This document shows, piece by piece, positions 1-9,895 of a stretch of 64,000 nucleotides of DNA. This stretch comes from an uncultured bacterium (GTDB lineage Bacteria > Verrucomicrobiota > Verrucomicrobiia > Verrucomicrobiales > DEV007). The notes beneath the pieces were generated by a model. The model was not told the origin of the DNA. It saw only the letters and a list, made by a program, of their open reading frames with translations, and ran no database searches. Position numbers and translations under genes: made by a program. The stretch lies in the NCBI GenBank assembly GCA_963977015.1, contig CAXBMO010000004.1:352001-416000 (forward strand). Direction: 5' to 3'. Numbering within the stretch: position 1 is the first letter of the stretch; the number at the start of each line of letters is the position of its first letter.

Positions 1-496
1 TGTCTGCGATCCGACCCATATCCTTGTAGACTTGGTGCATGGCCCGGCTGTTGCCGATGATGAAATCCGTATCCTTCTGTTTGGCCGCGAGTTGCCCAAT
101 TTGGACTCGCTTCTGGGTCAACCGAAACGCCTCAACCGCCCGCTCGACGGCTTCGAACAGCTCATGAGGCTGGTAGGGTTTCAAGATGTAGTCGTAGGCT
201 CCTTTTCGAGTCGCTTCGATCGCCAGACTTGCCGTTCCGTGGGCAGTCATGAGAATCACCGGCAGGTGCGGATTTGACTCTCGCAACTTCTCCAGGAGCT
301 CCATTCCCCCGACTTCAGGCATGCGAAAGTCGGTCAAAACAAGGTCGTATTTGGGCCCGCTTGCCGCGAGTTCCAACCCTTCCCGACCATTCTTTGCCCA
401 ATCCACGGCGTATCCTTCCCGCTCCAAAAGTCGCTTGGTCACTCGGCCAACAGCTGGCTCATCTTCCACCAAAAGCAGAATCGGGTCCGAAGCCAT
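1..496 (-). CDS. NtrC-family sigma-54-dependent response regulator (5' part; runs off the window edge)
   Basis: Manual translation from the ATG at 496 gives MASDPILLLVEDEPAV...YDLVLTDFRMPEVGGMELL...PVILMTAHG...GAYDYILKPY (receiver domain), then IIGNSRAMHQVYKDMGRIA (start of the AAA+ activator). Absent from the ORF track because there is no stop in the window. Confidence 0.9.
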   Translation of the reverse strand, partial: MASDPILLLVEDEPAVGRVTKRLLEREGYAVDWAKNGREGLELAASGPKYDLVLTDFRMPEVGGMELLEKLRESNPHLPVILMTAHGTASLAIEATRKGAYDYILKPYQPHELFEAVERAVEAFRLTQKRVQIGQLAAKQKDTDFIIGNSRAMHQVYKDMGRIAD

Positions 497-563
497 CTTT
501 CTACTGAAGGGCTGAAGTTGATCTGGAAGACGTGATTGCCATTGGAACGTAAAATCAGGCTAC

Positions 564-593
564 CTGTACAGAAAGTTTACACCAACTGTACAG
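564..593. promoter_or_regulatory. Pair of CTGTACAG palindromes, possible regulator binding site
   Basis: CTGTACAG at 564-571 and 586-593, 22 bp apart, in the divergent intergenic region upstream of the regulator. Confidence 0.3.
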
Positions 594-762
594 AGCTAGT
601 TCAGAGCTGGAGGCCTAACAAGCGTAAAATCGGAAAATTCCCCCGAGAAAACACGAAATATTATAATTGTCATAAAAGTTATTTCGATTCTCTCTCTTCA
701 AGCGAGCTTCTCATTGTCGTTGAAACACACCGGTTCAACGCCACCCCAGAACACATCTCACC

Positions 763-1305
763 ATGAAAGCTCAGTCTTCACTTTATCTCTTCTTTACCTG
801 TTCCCTTTTCGCATCTCCATCCATTTCGAATGCGGAGCCACTTCGCGATTCGGTCATGCGCCCAAGCCTCGGCGGAGGTCAGATTTACCGGACCCAAGCC
901 AACCCGGTCAACACGGGCAACTTCAAAACTGGAGTTCAGATTGAAGGAAACCGGGTGCTCTTGACCCACAATGGCGGCCGATGGGTTGAAGATTCCGTCC
1001 ATGTCGCCAACATCGCGGAACTAGGCAAGGACCGGCAGAGTGCGGTGGAACTGGTAACGGTTGTTCCTCATCAGCGCCTGAACCTACCTCCGCAAAACCT
1101 GATGTCGGTAAGCGGGAATCAGTGGAGTGAGCATACGCAGTCTCAATCCACCAAACGAGACGAAATCATTCACACGTATTCCCCCCCTGCGGAACTCACT
1201 CCCCGCCAGTACCCCACACGGCCAACCACAAAAGCAACCACTGCAAAACCGAAAAGCTCAGGATTTCTCTCCAACCTCTTCGCTTCGCTCTTCGGCACGA
1301 AGTAG
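763..1305 (+). CDS. Secreted hypothetical protein
   Basis: 180-aa ORF with signal-peptide-like N-terminus (..SISNA|E), Thr/Lys/Pro-rich tail and amphipathic C-terminus (GFLSNLFASLFG). Confidence 0.7.
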   Translation: MKAQSSLYLFFTCSLFASPSISNAEPLRDSVMRPSLGGGQIYRTQANPVNTGNFKTGVQIEGNRVLLTHNGGRWVEDSVHVANIAELGKDRQSAVELVTVVPHQRLNLPPQNLMSVSGNQWSEHTQSQSTKRDEIIHTYSPPAELTPRQYPTRPTTKATTAKPKSSGFLSNLFASLFGTK

Positions 1306-1341
1306 GCGGCTGAATCCTCTGAAACAAACACACACATCACC

Positions 1342-3468
1342 ATGAAAACTATGGGTATTTTCAGGTCTAACTTCAAAGCGATCACGGCAGGCTTGTTGGC
1401 CTTGTCCGTCGGCGGCCAAGCTGCCATTGCCGAGAACCTCCAATTCGTCGAAACCGCCGAAGTCAGCAAAGCTGATCTCCTTCAGGAACTCGTCACGATC
1501 CAAAAGCAGGCCGAGATCCAACTCGAGCATCACCGCAGAGAGGCGTTGGAATTCCAATCCCGCGCCGAGCGACTGGAGGGTCTTCAGCAAAAGGGCTACG
1601 CATCGGTGGTTGAGGTTCGGGAAGCCAACCTGAACACGGAAAAAGAGGAACTTCAGGCCAACAGCTTTGCCGCCATTCATCAAATGGCGAGCGAGATGGT
1701 TGACTTCGTCTCCACGGAAAACTTCGGACCGGCATCGGAACAGAAGCCAACCCTGAACCTGAGCCTCCCAACCGTCACTGTCGATCTCGCCGGAATTCGG
1801 TTAATGGGCTACACGCGTCCTGCAAACGAAGAGTTCGCCGAGGTCGCCTTCGACTACCTCTATAACCAGCAGGAAAATGCCCGAGCTGCCGTTCTTTCCG
1901 CAGATTCGGACAGCCGGGTGGCGCAGTGGAACCGGACCCTGAACTTTCCAGGCGCCCACCCAGCTGAAATCCGCCACATTCAGCGAAAAATCGCCAACAC
2001 GGAAACCCGCTGGCAGTTGGGTGGATTGGACAGGCTCATGATCGAACGCGACCTCCAGCGTTTGGAGCGCTTCGGCCGCCACTTGTCGCTCATTGAAGAC
2101 GGCGATGATCTTCCCTGTGCGTTTCCAGTTTTGAGCCAACCCCTGTTTCTGGGAGCTGGAGAAAACGTCCTCTCTCTGGAGCTCAACGATGAATCGTTGG
2201 CTCTGGTTCTTCCCGTCGCCGCAGCGATGGCCAGTCATGAAGGCCCGGTCCTCGTCCAGGAATCCAGACTGAATGATGCCGAGCGGAAACTCCGATGGAT
2301 CAAACGCGCCTATGACCGCGGCGCCGCCAGTTCCCGGGAATACGACCAGGCACATCTGGATAGCCACATTGCGAATGAGGTTCTGCAAGGAATGAAAGCC
2401 AACCTCGAAGCTGAGAAACTGAACTTCGTCAGATTGGCAACCCTGGCGCGGGAGAGAGGTTTGGAACTTCCCTCCGAGGGCGATCTGCAAAAAGAACTTC
2501 CCTCAATGGAAGATCTCCTCACCGAGATCCGGACCTACCGGGAAGGATCCACCCGGAGCACGTCAGTGCTTCTTGGCCTCGCCAACCGATTCCAGGAAAG
2601 CGCGCTCGCTTCGGCACAGGTTCAAGCCACCAAATTGGAGAAGGACTGGCACCAGGCCCAATGGGAAAAGAGCCAAAAACTCACCAACGCCAGGAAGTCA
2701 GAACTCGAACGCTTGGAGTCCAAATTCCAGCAGTCCACCGCAAAAACCATCGACGCGACGGAGAAAGAACAGCTCCGTTATCTGGAGTTGCAGCAATGGA
2801 TGAAAGCCTCCGAACTCCCCTCTGATCTGGAGCCTGATTCCGAGATCTCTGCGGAAATGATTCGCCTCGCCCAACCAGTTGCCGAAGCACGGGTCATTGC
2901 CGCTCAACACTATCGCTCAGCCCGCGAAATTGACCGCGACTACCGCTTGGATTTGCTTGGCAAATTGGACAGTCTTCATCAGCGGGGAAAAGCCCGAAGC
3001 AGCGAAGTCGCCAACGCCAAACAGAATCTCGCCATCTCGGAAGGCCGGTTGCAATCATCCGAACATCATTTGATGTCCATCCTCTCCGAGAAGCAGCTCA
3101 TCGCCAGCCTGATGGATTCCACCGATGCCAATGGGAAGGTGAATCTGGCTCAGCTCGGAGGTTCGCCCATGCAGCTCATCATCGAACTTTGTCACCATCA
3201 ACTCCGACCTGATCCAGGTATTATCCAGGAGTTGGAAGCCCGGCTTGAACAAGTCACGACCCGTCGTGACAAGCTGGCTGAACTCGCGGCAAAAGGTTAC
3301 GCATCAAACTTGGAAGTCACTCAAATGAAAGAAGCCGTCAACCATTACACCATCGCCTTGGGAGGCTTTCAAGGCCGGGAAGACATGGGTAAACTCCGCT
3401 CCGAACTCGTCGATCACGGATTGCAGCCAACTGGCTTGCTTCCGGTCTCGGGAACACCGGCGAAGTAG
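1342..3468 (+). CDS. Secreted coiled-coil protein with repeated TolC/MFP-like hairpin-turn motifs
   Basis: 708 aa, signal peptide (..QAAIA|E), mostly heptad-rich; repeated L-x-x-[KR]-G-x-A-[SR]-x-x-E turns. Confidence 0.75.
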   Translation: MKTMGIFRSNFKAITAGLLALSVGGQAAIAENLQFVETAEVSKADLLQELVTIQKQAEIQLEHHRREALEFQSRAERLEGLQQKGYASVVEVREANLNTEKEELQANSFAAIHQMASEMVDFVSTENFGPASEQKPTLNLSLPTVTVDLAGIRLMGYTRPANEEFAEVAFDYLYNQQENARAAVLSADSDSRVAQWNRTLNFPGAHPAEIRHIQRKIANTETRWQLGGLDRLMIERDLQRLERFGRHLSLIEDGDDLPCAFPVLSQPLFLGAGENVLSLELNDESLALVLPVAAAMASHEGPVLVQESRLNDAERKLRWIKRAYDRGAASSREYDQAHLDSHIANEVLQGMKANLEAEKLNFVRLATLARERGLELPSEGDLQKELPSMEDLLTEIRTYREGSTRSTSVLLGLANRFQESALASAQVQATKLEKDWHQAQWEKSQKLTNARKSELERLESKFQQSTAKTIDATEKEQLRYLELQQWMKASELPSDLEPDSEISAEMIRLAQPVAEARVIAAQHYRSAREIDRDYRLDLLGKLDSLHQRGKARSSEVANAKQNLAISEGRLQSSEHHLMSILSEKQLIASLMDSTDANGKVNLAQLGGSPMQLIIELCHHQLRPDPGIIQELEARLEQVTTRRDKLAELAAKGYASNLEVTQMKEAVNHYTIALGGFQGREDMGKLRSELVDHGLQPTGLLPVSGTPAK

Positions 3469-3511
3469 ACTTGCCTTCCCTTTCCCCCGCCAGCCGTCTT
3501 TTCCCAAAGCG

Positions 3512-4336
3512 ATGCGATCCCACTATCTTAGCTCGATCCTCTGCCTCGCTTCAGCTCTTTCGGCAAACGCCCTGGTCACCAACCAAAGCAATCATCTCAC
3601 CACATCCGAAGAAGCCCTCCAAAACCACATCCGGAAAGTTATACCCAATAGCAAATCCTTCCCCTATTGGGGAAATGTGGGCCGCGTCCACCTGAGCACG
3701 GGAATCTATCTAGGAAATGGCTACGTCTTGACCGCAGCCCATGTAGGACCAGGAACCTTCCTACTTTCCGATGGTAGCGAGTATCCGGTGGTTCGCGGCT
3801 CGGCGGCTGTCTACCGAAATGCAGACAACTCGCAGACTGAGCTCTGCATCTTTAAAGTCGAAAGCCGCCGGAAGGATAGCCTGCGGAAATTGCCCTCCAT
3901 CAACATCAGATCCACGCCTCCAGACGTGGGAGAACTGATCCTCATGATCGGGCATGGTGCCAGCCAATACCCGGGCGACACCAAATGGGTCCAGGACGGA
4001 AAAAAGCGTTGGGGATGCAACCTGGTTTCCCGCATTGCCAGGCAACCCTTCGCCAACAGCTTTGGCCAAACCCATGGCTACTATACCAGGTTCGACCACG
4101 GATTGTTTGACTGTCAGGGGGCTTCCGGAGATTCCGGAGGCCCGGCATTCTACTATGATCAGGAGCAACAAGAGTGGCTCTTGACCGGGATGCTTGCCGC
4201 GGTGACCACTCCGGTCCATTTGGAGGAAACCAAGCACGGCGATTCCACCTTCATTGCTGACTTGAGGCCCATGTTGAGCAACCCCATCAAGATCATCGAC
4301 TCCCGCCTGGAATCCAGCCGGGTCGCTCGCAAGTAG
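3512..4336 (+). CDS. Secreted trypsin-like serine protease
   Basis: Signal peptide; VLTAAHV and GDSGGP motifs. Confidence 0.85.
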   Translation: MRSHYLSSILCLASALSANALVTNQSNHLTTSEEALQNHIRKVIPNSKSFPYWGNVGRVHLSTGIYLGNGYVLTAAHVGPGTFLLSDGSEYPVVRGSAAVYRNADNSQTELCIFKVESRRKDSLRKLPSINIRSTPPDVGELILMIGHGASQYPGDTKWVQDGKKRWGCNLVSRIARQPFANSFGQTHGYYTRFDHGLFDCQGASGDSGGPAFYYDQEQQEWLLTGMLAAVTTPVHLEETKHGDSTFIADLRPMLSNPIKIIDSRLESSRVARK

Positions 4337-4372
4337 CGGCCAAACACAGCCCTTTTTGCCCTACCGTTGCCC

Positions 4373-6085
4373 TCAACGAAACGTCGCCTTCAACGGTTCG
4401 GCACGTTCGAACAGCAACCTCACTTCTTCGTCGGAAAGTGCGCGACGCCAGATCGCCAACTCATCAACGTTCCCTCCCAACCCTGCCAAATCTCCCGCAT
4501 TGCCATTCGTTCCGATTCGCAACCGATGCGTTGCGGGAAAGTGGGAACCCAGCGCCTTGTAGTTGAGATTTCCAACCTGCTCCCCATCGACAAACGCGCT
4601 CAGGGTTGACTCCCCTGGGTCGACGACCATGACCACTTGGTGCCAATTCCCATCACGCAGGACAGGCCAACGCCCACCGATCTGAGCCCTGTTGGAACCG
4701 TTGCACAGTCGAACCTGGAGCACATCACGATGGAGCGAAATCAGCCAACCCGGATCGGTCTTTTGGACCCCGCCATTGCCGAGCACCCGAATTTCCTTGC
4801 TGGCTCGGCCCCTCGATGGTGCCAATTGGATCCACAGACTCACCGTCATGGGTTCGTCGCGTAGCGCAAAGGTGCGCACTTTCCCAAACACGAGTCCGGA
4901 AGTCTCGTCGAGCTGGACCCCTTGATCAAATTTGCCCTCCGCGCGCCCCGGCATACCCACTCCCATTCCCTGATAGGGCGCCGTGCCGGCATAACCACGG
5001 GTCTCAGCATCGAGCGGCCAATATCCGAACAGGGACTCCGCTTCCGGCGGCAAAACTCCCGTCATGACAACCTCAGGACCCGGCGCGTCCGCAATCCCCA
5101 GGGGATCGGCAACGAGATCCCGTCGTTCCGGGTCAAAATACCAGGTGGCAAACCAACCCGCTCCAATCGCCAGCGCGATTAGCATGAGAATCAGAATCGT
5201 CGCGGAAGCCGATTTTTTGGTCACTTCACGGGAAACCCGTGCCACCTCTCCCGTCGTCGGCAGCTTCATCTTCGACACCCCAACATCCTCACCCGACGTT
5301 GCCGCCGGGGTGTGCATCGCCCGGGTGAACTGCTCCGAATTCTGCAACGCCGATGTATGGTGATCGATGATTTGAAGAAAGTAGGGAAAGGCGGACGAAC
5401 CGGACGCCGCCAAGTCTGCGCGATACTCCTCGGGATCGAATTCGATCCTCCGAAAATAGACATTCCCGGTATCGTCATCAAAAATCACATAACGCGCCCG
5501 GATGTCCTCGGGATTCCGCGGTTCGCCAACGGAACCTACGTTGATGATGTAACGCTGGTTGGGCTGACACTGAAAGTCCTCGTCCGGTTCCTGACTCACC
5601 AGACCATCCGCTTCCACAAACACGGTCGGATGATGGGTGTGACCGATGAAGGTGCACCAATGTCCGGTTGCGCCGAGATCTTCGCAGGCTTTCTCCACCG
5701 TCTCGACGTAGTCGAACCGGTCGGGAGCGGCCACTTCCGCGTGAACAAAGAGCAGGTTCTCCACTTCCGTCGCGTAGGGAACGTTGTTGAGAAACTCCAG
5801 TGCTTCTTCGTCCAACAAGGCGCGAGTGTGGGCGATCCCAGCTTTCGCGTTATCATTGAAATACGAAGAATCGAGACGGCCACAAGCCGCCGCATCGTGG
5901 TTGCCAAGGACAAACGCATGGGAGTTTTCCCGAATGCTTTGCAAGACTTCCGCAGGCCTCGGCCCGTATCCAACGGCATCTCCCAGACAAATCAACACCT
6001 CGCATTCGTTTGCCCGAATATCCGCCAACGTCGCTTCCCAAGCTTGGTTGTTCGCATGAATATCGGAAAAAATGGCGTAACGCAT
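4373..6085 (-). CDS. Metallophosphoesterase fused via a TM helix to a LamG/concanavalin-A-like domain
   Basis: SDIHAN, LGDAVGYG, LGNHD, GHTHHP and NVGSVGEPR motifs; hydrophobic segment ~aa 295-316; C-terminal GYWPLD...WHQVVMV...VDELAIWRRALS. Confidence 0.85.
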   Translation of the reverse strand: MRYAIFSDIHANNQAWEATLADIRANECEVLICLGDAVGYGPRPAEVLQSIRENSHAFVLGNHDAAACGRLDSSYFNDNAKAGIAHTRALLDEEALEFLNNVPYATEVENLLFVHAEVAAPDRFDYVETVEKACEDLGATGHWCTFIGHTHHPTVFVEADGLVSQEPDEDFQCQPNQRYIINVGSVGEPRNPEDIRARYVIFDDDTGNVYFRRIEFDPEEYRADLAASGSSAFPYFLQIIDHHTSALQNSEQFTRAMHTPAATSGEDVGVSKMKLPTTGEVARVSREVTKKSASATILILMLIALAIGAGWFATWYFDPERRDLVADPLGIADAPGPEVVMTGVLPPEAESLFGYWPLDAETRGYAGTAPYQGMGVGMPGRAEGKFDQGVQLDETSGLVFGKVRTFALRDEPMTVSLWIQLAPSRGRASKEIRVLGNGGVQKTDPGWLISLHRDVLQVRLCNGSNRAQIGGRWPVLRDGNWHQVVMVVDPGESTLSAFVDGEQVGNLNYKALGSHFPATHRLRIGTNGNAGDLAGLGGNVDELAIWRRALSDEEVRLLFERAEPLKATFR

Positions 6086-6169
6086 TTGGTTTGTGATCCG
6101 GCTGTCCGGAAACGATTATGGCCCTGCTAGGATACTTTGCCATGCCAAATCCGGCATTGGCAACTGAAT

Positions 6170-7597
6170 TTAAAATGTGACAACATAGAAGGCTCCCTGC
6201 GAAATGTCGGCAGCGTCTTCCGCCGGAACCCAGCGCTCGGTGTAACGCTCGCCCCAACTATCACTAAACGCAATCTCGTTGGTCTCCTCGTTGTAACCGA
6301 TAATCAGGGTGATATGCGCCCGATCGCGATCCTTGGCAAGCTCCCGGCCTTCCATCTCCGTCGCCAGTCTCTCCGCATACGCGTCCCAATCCTGCACGGT
6401 CTGGCGCCGCTTGGTGGTATCATTCGCCAACTGATTGAACGGCTCGGTGGAGTACATTCCCCACATGACCGGAATTCCTTCGTCGAGATACTTCGCGAGC
6501 TTGCGAAACTCCATTTCATCCATCCGAAACGTGTCAAATCCACGCCCTTTGCGTCGAATATCGCTTCCCACAGCATCCATCAGCGCGTTTCCGCTGGTTC
6601 CACCACCCATCGCCGTTTCACCCGCCATCGCCAACAAATACATGTCGGCCGGGATGCCGAGATAGCGCATGCAACGCTCGAACGTCGCCGGCACGCAGTA
6701 GCCTTTCGGTCCCTGATCCACCATCGGCAGGTTGGTCACGATCACGTCCCCGTTTTCCCTCCGCTCCACATTCGAGCGCGCCAACTTCCGGATGTCGAGG
6801 TCTTTGACCCGCTCCGACTGTCCCCCGGCATCGGCGAACGCCTTCGGCTGAATCTCCAAACTCACATACTCGTTTTCCTGCTCAAAAATCAGAAACGCGT
6901 GATCATTCCAATTCCAGCGCAAGACATTCTGCCGGCTGGAGCCCTCGCCAAATCGCTGCTTCTGCCCTTCGCCGAGCAGATCGGTCAGTTTTTCCGAAAG
7001 CGTCGCCACATCCGCCTCAATCAACGCGTTCAGAGCTTCGAGCTGATCACCCGCGCCTAACGCGGAAACACTGTCACCCTTGTTCGCAAACACCAGCGAC
7101 ATGGACGTGACCCCATCGTTCTCGCCATAGAGCGCCGCCGAATACGGCCGCGTTCCCAGCAACCGGAAATCGGCGCGCGGATAATCGCGAAAACTGCTGA
7201 CAAACTCCGTCTTCGACTCGCGCCGCCAATTCAGACGTCCGGCCACGTCTTCCGGTAGATCGTCCCACAGGTGAGTGTCCGCAAAAATCGGGTGGCCCAA
7301 CGTTTCGTTCACCACTTCCACGGCAACGTCGCTGGTCGCTCCCGGCGCGGTCGATCTCGGCATCGGCTTCCAACTCGCGATCATCTCCTGATCCGTCCCC
7401 ACGAACATCGTTGAGGCGACGGTGAACGATCGCCCGTCACGCCGCTCAATCGTGACGTTACCGCCGCTCACAGCCACGATTTTCGCCTCGATTTTCTGGC
7501 CTTTCGTGTTCGTGAAGACATGGAATTCGTCCTCAGCCACGGCCGCAGAAGCGCCAAGGAGCACCAATAGAGCAACAAGAAGTCGGTTTATCGTCAT
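6170..7597 (-). CDS. Secreted SHD1-domain protein with C39-like cysteine peptidase domain
   Basis: Signal peptide; FTNTKGQKIEAKIVAV (SHD1-like); VDQGPKGYCVPA, AHITLIIGYN and FSDSWG (Cys-His-Asp papain-like motifs). Confidence 0.8.
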   Translation of the reverse strand: MTINRLLVALLVLLGASAAVAEDEFHVFTNTKGQKIEAKIVAVSGGNVTIERRDGRSFTVASTMFVGTDQEMIASWKPMPRSTAPGATSDVAVEVVNETLGHPIFADTHLWDDLPEDVAGRLNWRRESKTEFVSSFRDYPRADFRLLGTRPYSAALYGENDGVTSMSLVFANKGDSVSALGAGDQLEALNALIEADVATLSEKLTDLLGEGQKQRFGEGSSRQNVLRWNWNDHAFLIFEQENEYVSLEIQPKAFADAGGQSERVKDLDIRKLARSNVERRENGDVIVTNLPMVDQGPKGYCVPATFERCMRYLGIPADMYLLAMAGETAMGGGTSGNALMDAVGSDIRRKGRGFDTFRMDEMEFRKLAKYLDEGIPVMWGMYSTEPFNQLANDTTKRRQTVQDWDAYAERLATEMEGRELAKDRDRAHITLIIGYNEETNEIAFSDSWGERYTERWVPAEDAADISQGAFYVVTF

Positions 7598-7713
7598 TGG
7601 GGGTTTTTTGGATAAAACAGGTCTCTATCTAGCGCAGGTCATGGATTTTGGCCAGCAGGATCGTGGATTCCGGAATTCCGCCGATTCACGCCAAATCGCT
7701 TGATCTTCCCACG

Positions 7714-9153
7714 ATGAATTCGATGAAGTATCTCATGTTTGGTAAACCCCTTGCCCTTCTCCTCGTCCTTGGCCTCGTCTCGGCACCTGCACAGGAAAAG
7801 CCCAACGTTCTCCTCATCTGCATCGATGATTTACGACCGGAGTTAGGCTGTTTTGGCGTTGATTACATCCAGTCCCCCAATATCGACGCCCTTGCCGCGA
7901 AAGGACGCGCCTTTCATCGTCACTATGTGCAGGCCCCCACCTGCGGCGCATCCCGCTACACCCTCCTGACCGGACGCTACGGCCCCGCTTCCAACGCCGC
8001 CCTGTTTCAACGCGCCGAGAGGCTGAAGAAGAGTCCGGAAGACGTCTCCGCAAGCATGCCCGCGTGGTTTCGGAATCACGGTTACACGACGGTTTCTGTC
8101 GGCAAGGTCTCTCATCATCCGGGCGGACGCGGCGGCAAAAACTGGGACGACGACCTCTCTCCGGAGATGCCGAACTCCTGGGATCGACACCTGTTGCCGG
8201 CCGGCCCTTGGCAACATCCTCGCGGGTGGATGCACGGGCTCGCCCACGGCGAGATTCGCGGCGACGCCAAGAAAATGGCGGTGTTTCAGGCGGAGGAAGG
8301 CCCCGACACGATTTATCCCGATGGTCCCAACACCGACGAAGCAATTCGCCAATTGACCGAACTGGCGAACGACGAAGCCGGGAAGCCGTTTTTCCTCGCA
8401 TTCGGCATCGTCCGCCCTCACCTCCCCTTCGGCGCTCCCGCGAAGTATCTGGAACCCTATCGCGACGTCACGCTTCCAGAAATCCCCCACCCGGCCAAAC
8501 CCGAGGGCAAAACGACCTGGCACGGTTCGGGAGAATTCATGAAGTACAACCGCTGGGGCCGCAATCCGAACACCGATTCGGAATTCGCGACCGAGGTTCG
8601 CCGCCACTATGCCGCCTGCGTGACCTACGCCGACGCCCAGGTCGGACGGATCGTGAAACAGCTCGAAACACTGGGCAAACGCGACAACACCATCATCGTC
8701 GTCTGGGGCGATCACGGTTGGCATCTTGGCGAACACGCCATCTGGGGCAAACACGCCCTCTTTGAGGAATCGCTCCGTTCGCCACTGGTCATCACCGCTC
8801 CCGGCATGGCGAAGCCGGGCGAAGCAACAACGGCGGTGGTCGAAACGCTCGACATCTTCCCGACCCTGGCGGAATTGGCGGGACTGCCGAAGCCGGACGT
8901 TCTCGACGGCGTTTCCTTGGTTCCGATTCTGAAATCCCCCGGCGTCGAAGGCCATCCCGCGTTGGCCTATAAGAACAACGCGCAAACGATTCGCACGGAC
9001 ACCCACCGCCTGATCGCGCACAAGAGCGGCGACCTGGAACTTTACGATCATCGAAATCCGGACGCCGAAACCCGCAACGTCGCGAAAGAGCATCCGGAGG
9101 TCGCCGATGCACTGCTCACGCAACTTCGAGCTCGCCTTGCTTCATCCAAATGA
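7714..9153 (+). CDS. Sulfatase (S1 family, iduronate-2-sulfatase-like)
   Basis: [18 protein letters not shown] (CxxSR), [21 protein letters not shown]; start uncertain among ATGs at 7714/7723/7735. Confidence 0.92.
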   Translation: MNSMKYLMFGKPLALLLVLGLVSAPAQEKPNVLLICIDDLRPELGCFGVDYIQSPNIDALAAKGRAFHRHYVQAPTCGASRYTLLTGRYGPASNAALFQRAERLKKSPEDVSASMPAWFRNHGYTTVSVGKVSHHPGGRGGKNWDDDLSPEMPNSWDRHLLPAGPWQHPRGWMHGLAHGEIRGDAKKMAVFQAEEGPDTIYPDGPNTDEAIRQLTELANDEAGKPFFLAFGIVRPHLPFGAPAKYLEPYRDVTLPEIPHPAKPEGKTTWHGSGEFMKYNRWGRNPNTDSEFATEVRRHYAACVTYADAQVGRIVKQLETLGKRDNTIIVVWGDHGWHLGEHAIWGKHALFEESLRSPLVITAPGMAKPGEATTAVVETLDIFPTLAELAGLPKPDVLDGVSLVPILKSPGVEGHPALAYKNNAQTIRTDTHRLIAHKSGDLELYDHRNPDAETRNVAKEHPEVADALLTQLRARLASSK

Positions 9154-9193
9154 AACAAGATCACCAACGTCCAACCCCCACCGCCTTCTCCTC

Positions 9194-9883
9194 ATGAAAC
9201 GAATCCTTCTCCTCACCCAACTCCTCGGTTGCCTCGCCCTGGCCCAGGATGAACCGCCGTTTGAATCCCTTTTTGATGGCAAAACGCTCGAAGGCTGGCT
9301 CGCGCCGGACATGAGTTACTGGTCGGTCGAAGATGGGGCGATCACGGCAACCTCCTCGGAGCAAAACCCGGCCGAAACCAACCAGTTCCTCGTGTGGCAG
9401 GGTGGCGACATCGCCAATTTCGAGTTCAAAATGAAGTTCCGCGTCATGGGCGGTCCCAGCGCGAATTCCGGCGTTCAGGTGCGCAGCAAAGTGCTGGAAG
9501 ACGGTCACGCCGTGGGTTACCAGGCCGACATCAGCCAACCCGAAGGCCCGTGGCTCGGCGCCATCTACGACGAACATGGCCGAAAGACCCTCGCCAAACG
9601 CGGCCAGGTCACCACGATCCAGGAAGACGGCACCATGATCACCGCCACCGTCGAAACGCCCGAGCAAGCCGCCGCAGGTATCGACATCACCCAGTGGACG
9701 GACTACGAAATCACCTTCATCGACAACGTCATGAGCATTCGCATCGCCGGCAAAGACATGTCCGAAGTCGTCGACAACCAGGAGAGCGAACGCGAAATGA
9801 GCGGCATCCTCGCCCTCCAGCTCCACTCCGGCCCGCCCATGAAAGTCCAGTTCAAGGACATCATGCTGAAGAAGCTTCCCTGA
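9194..9883 (+). CDS. DUF1080 (3-keto-disaccharide hydrolase-like) protein
   Basis: Signal peptide; SLFDGKTLEGW, NSGVQVRS, GYQADI, GILALQLHSG, FKDI. Confidence 0.88.
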   Translation: MKRILLLTQLLGCLALAQDEPPFESLFDGKTLEGWLAPDMSYWSVEDGAITATSSEQNPAETNQFLVWQGGDIANFEFKMKFRVMGGPSANSGVQVRSKVLEDGHAVGYQADISQPEGPWLGAIYDEHGRKTLAKRGQVTTIQEDGTMITATVETPEQAAAGIDITQWTDYEITFIDNVMSIRIAGKDMSEVVDNQESEREMSGILALQLHSGPPMKVQFKDIMLKKLP

Positions 9884-9895
9884 CCACCTCATCCC

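Noticed and set aside
542-560. TTGGAACG as a sigma-54 -24 box
   Set aside because: No GC at the required -12 spacing.
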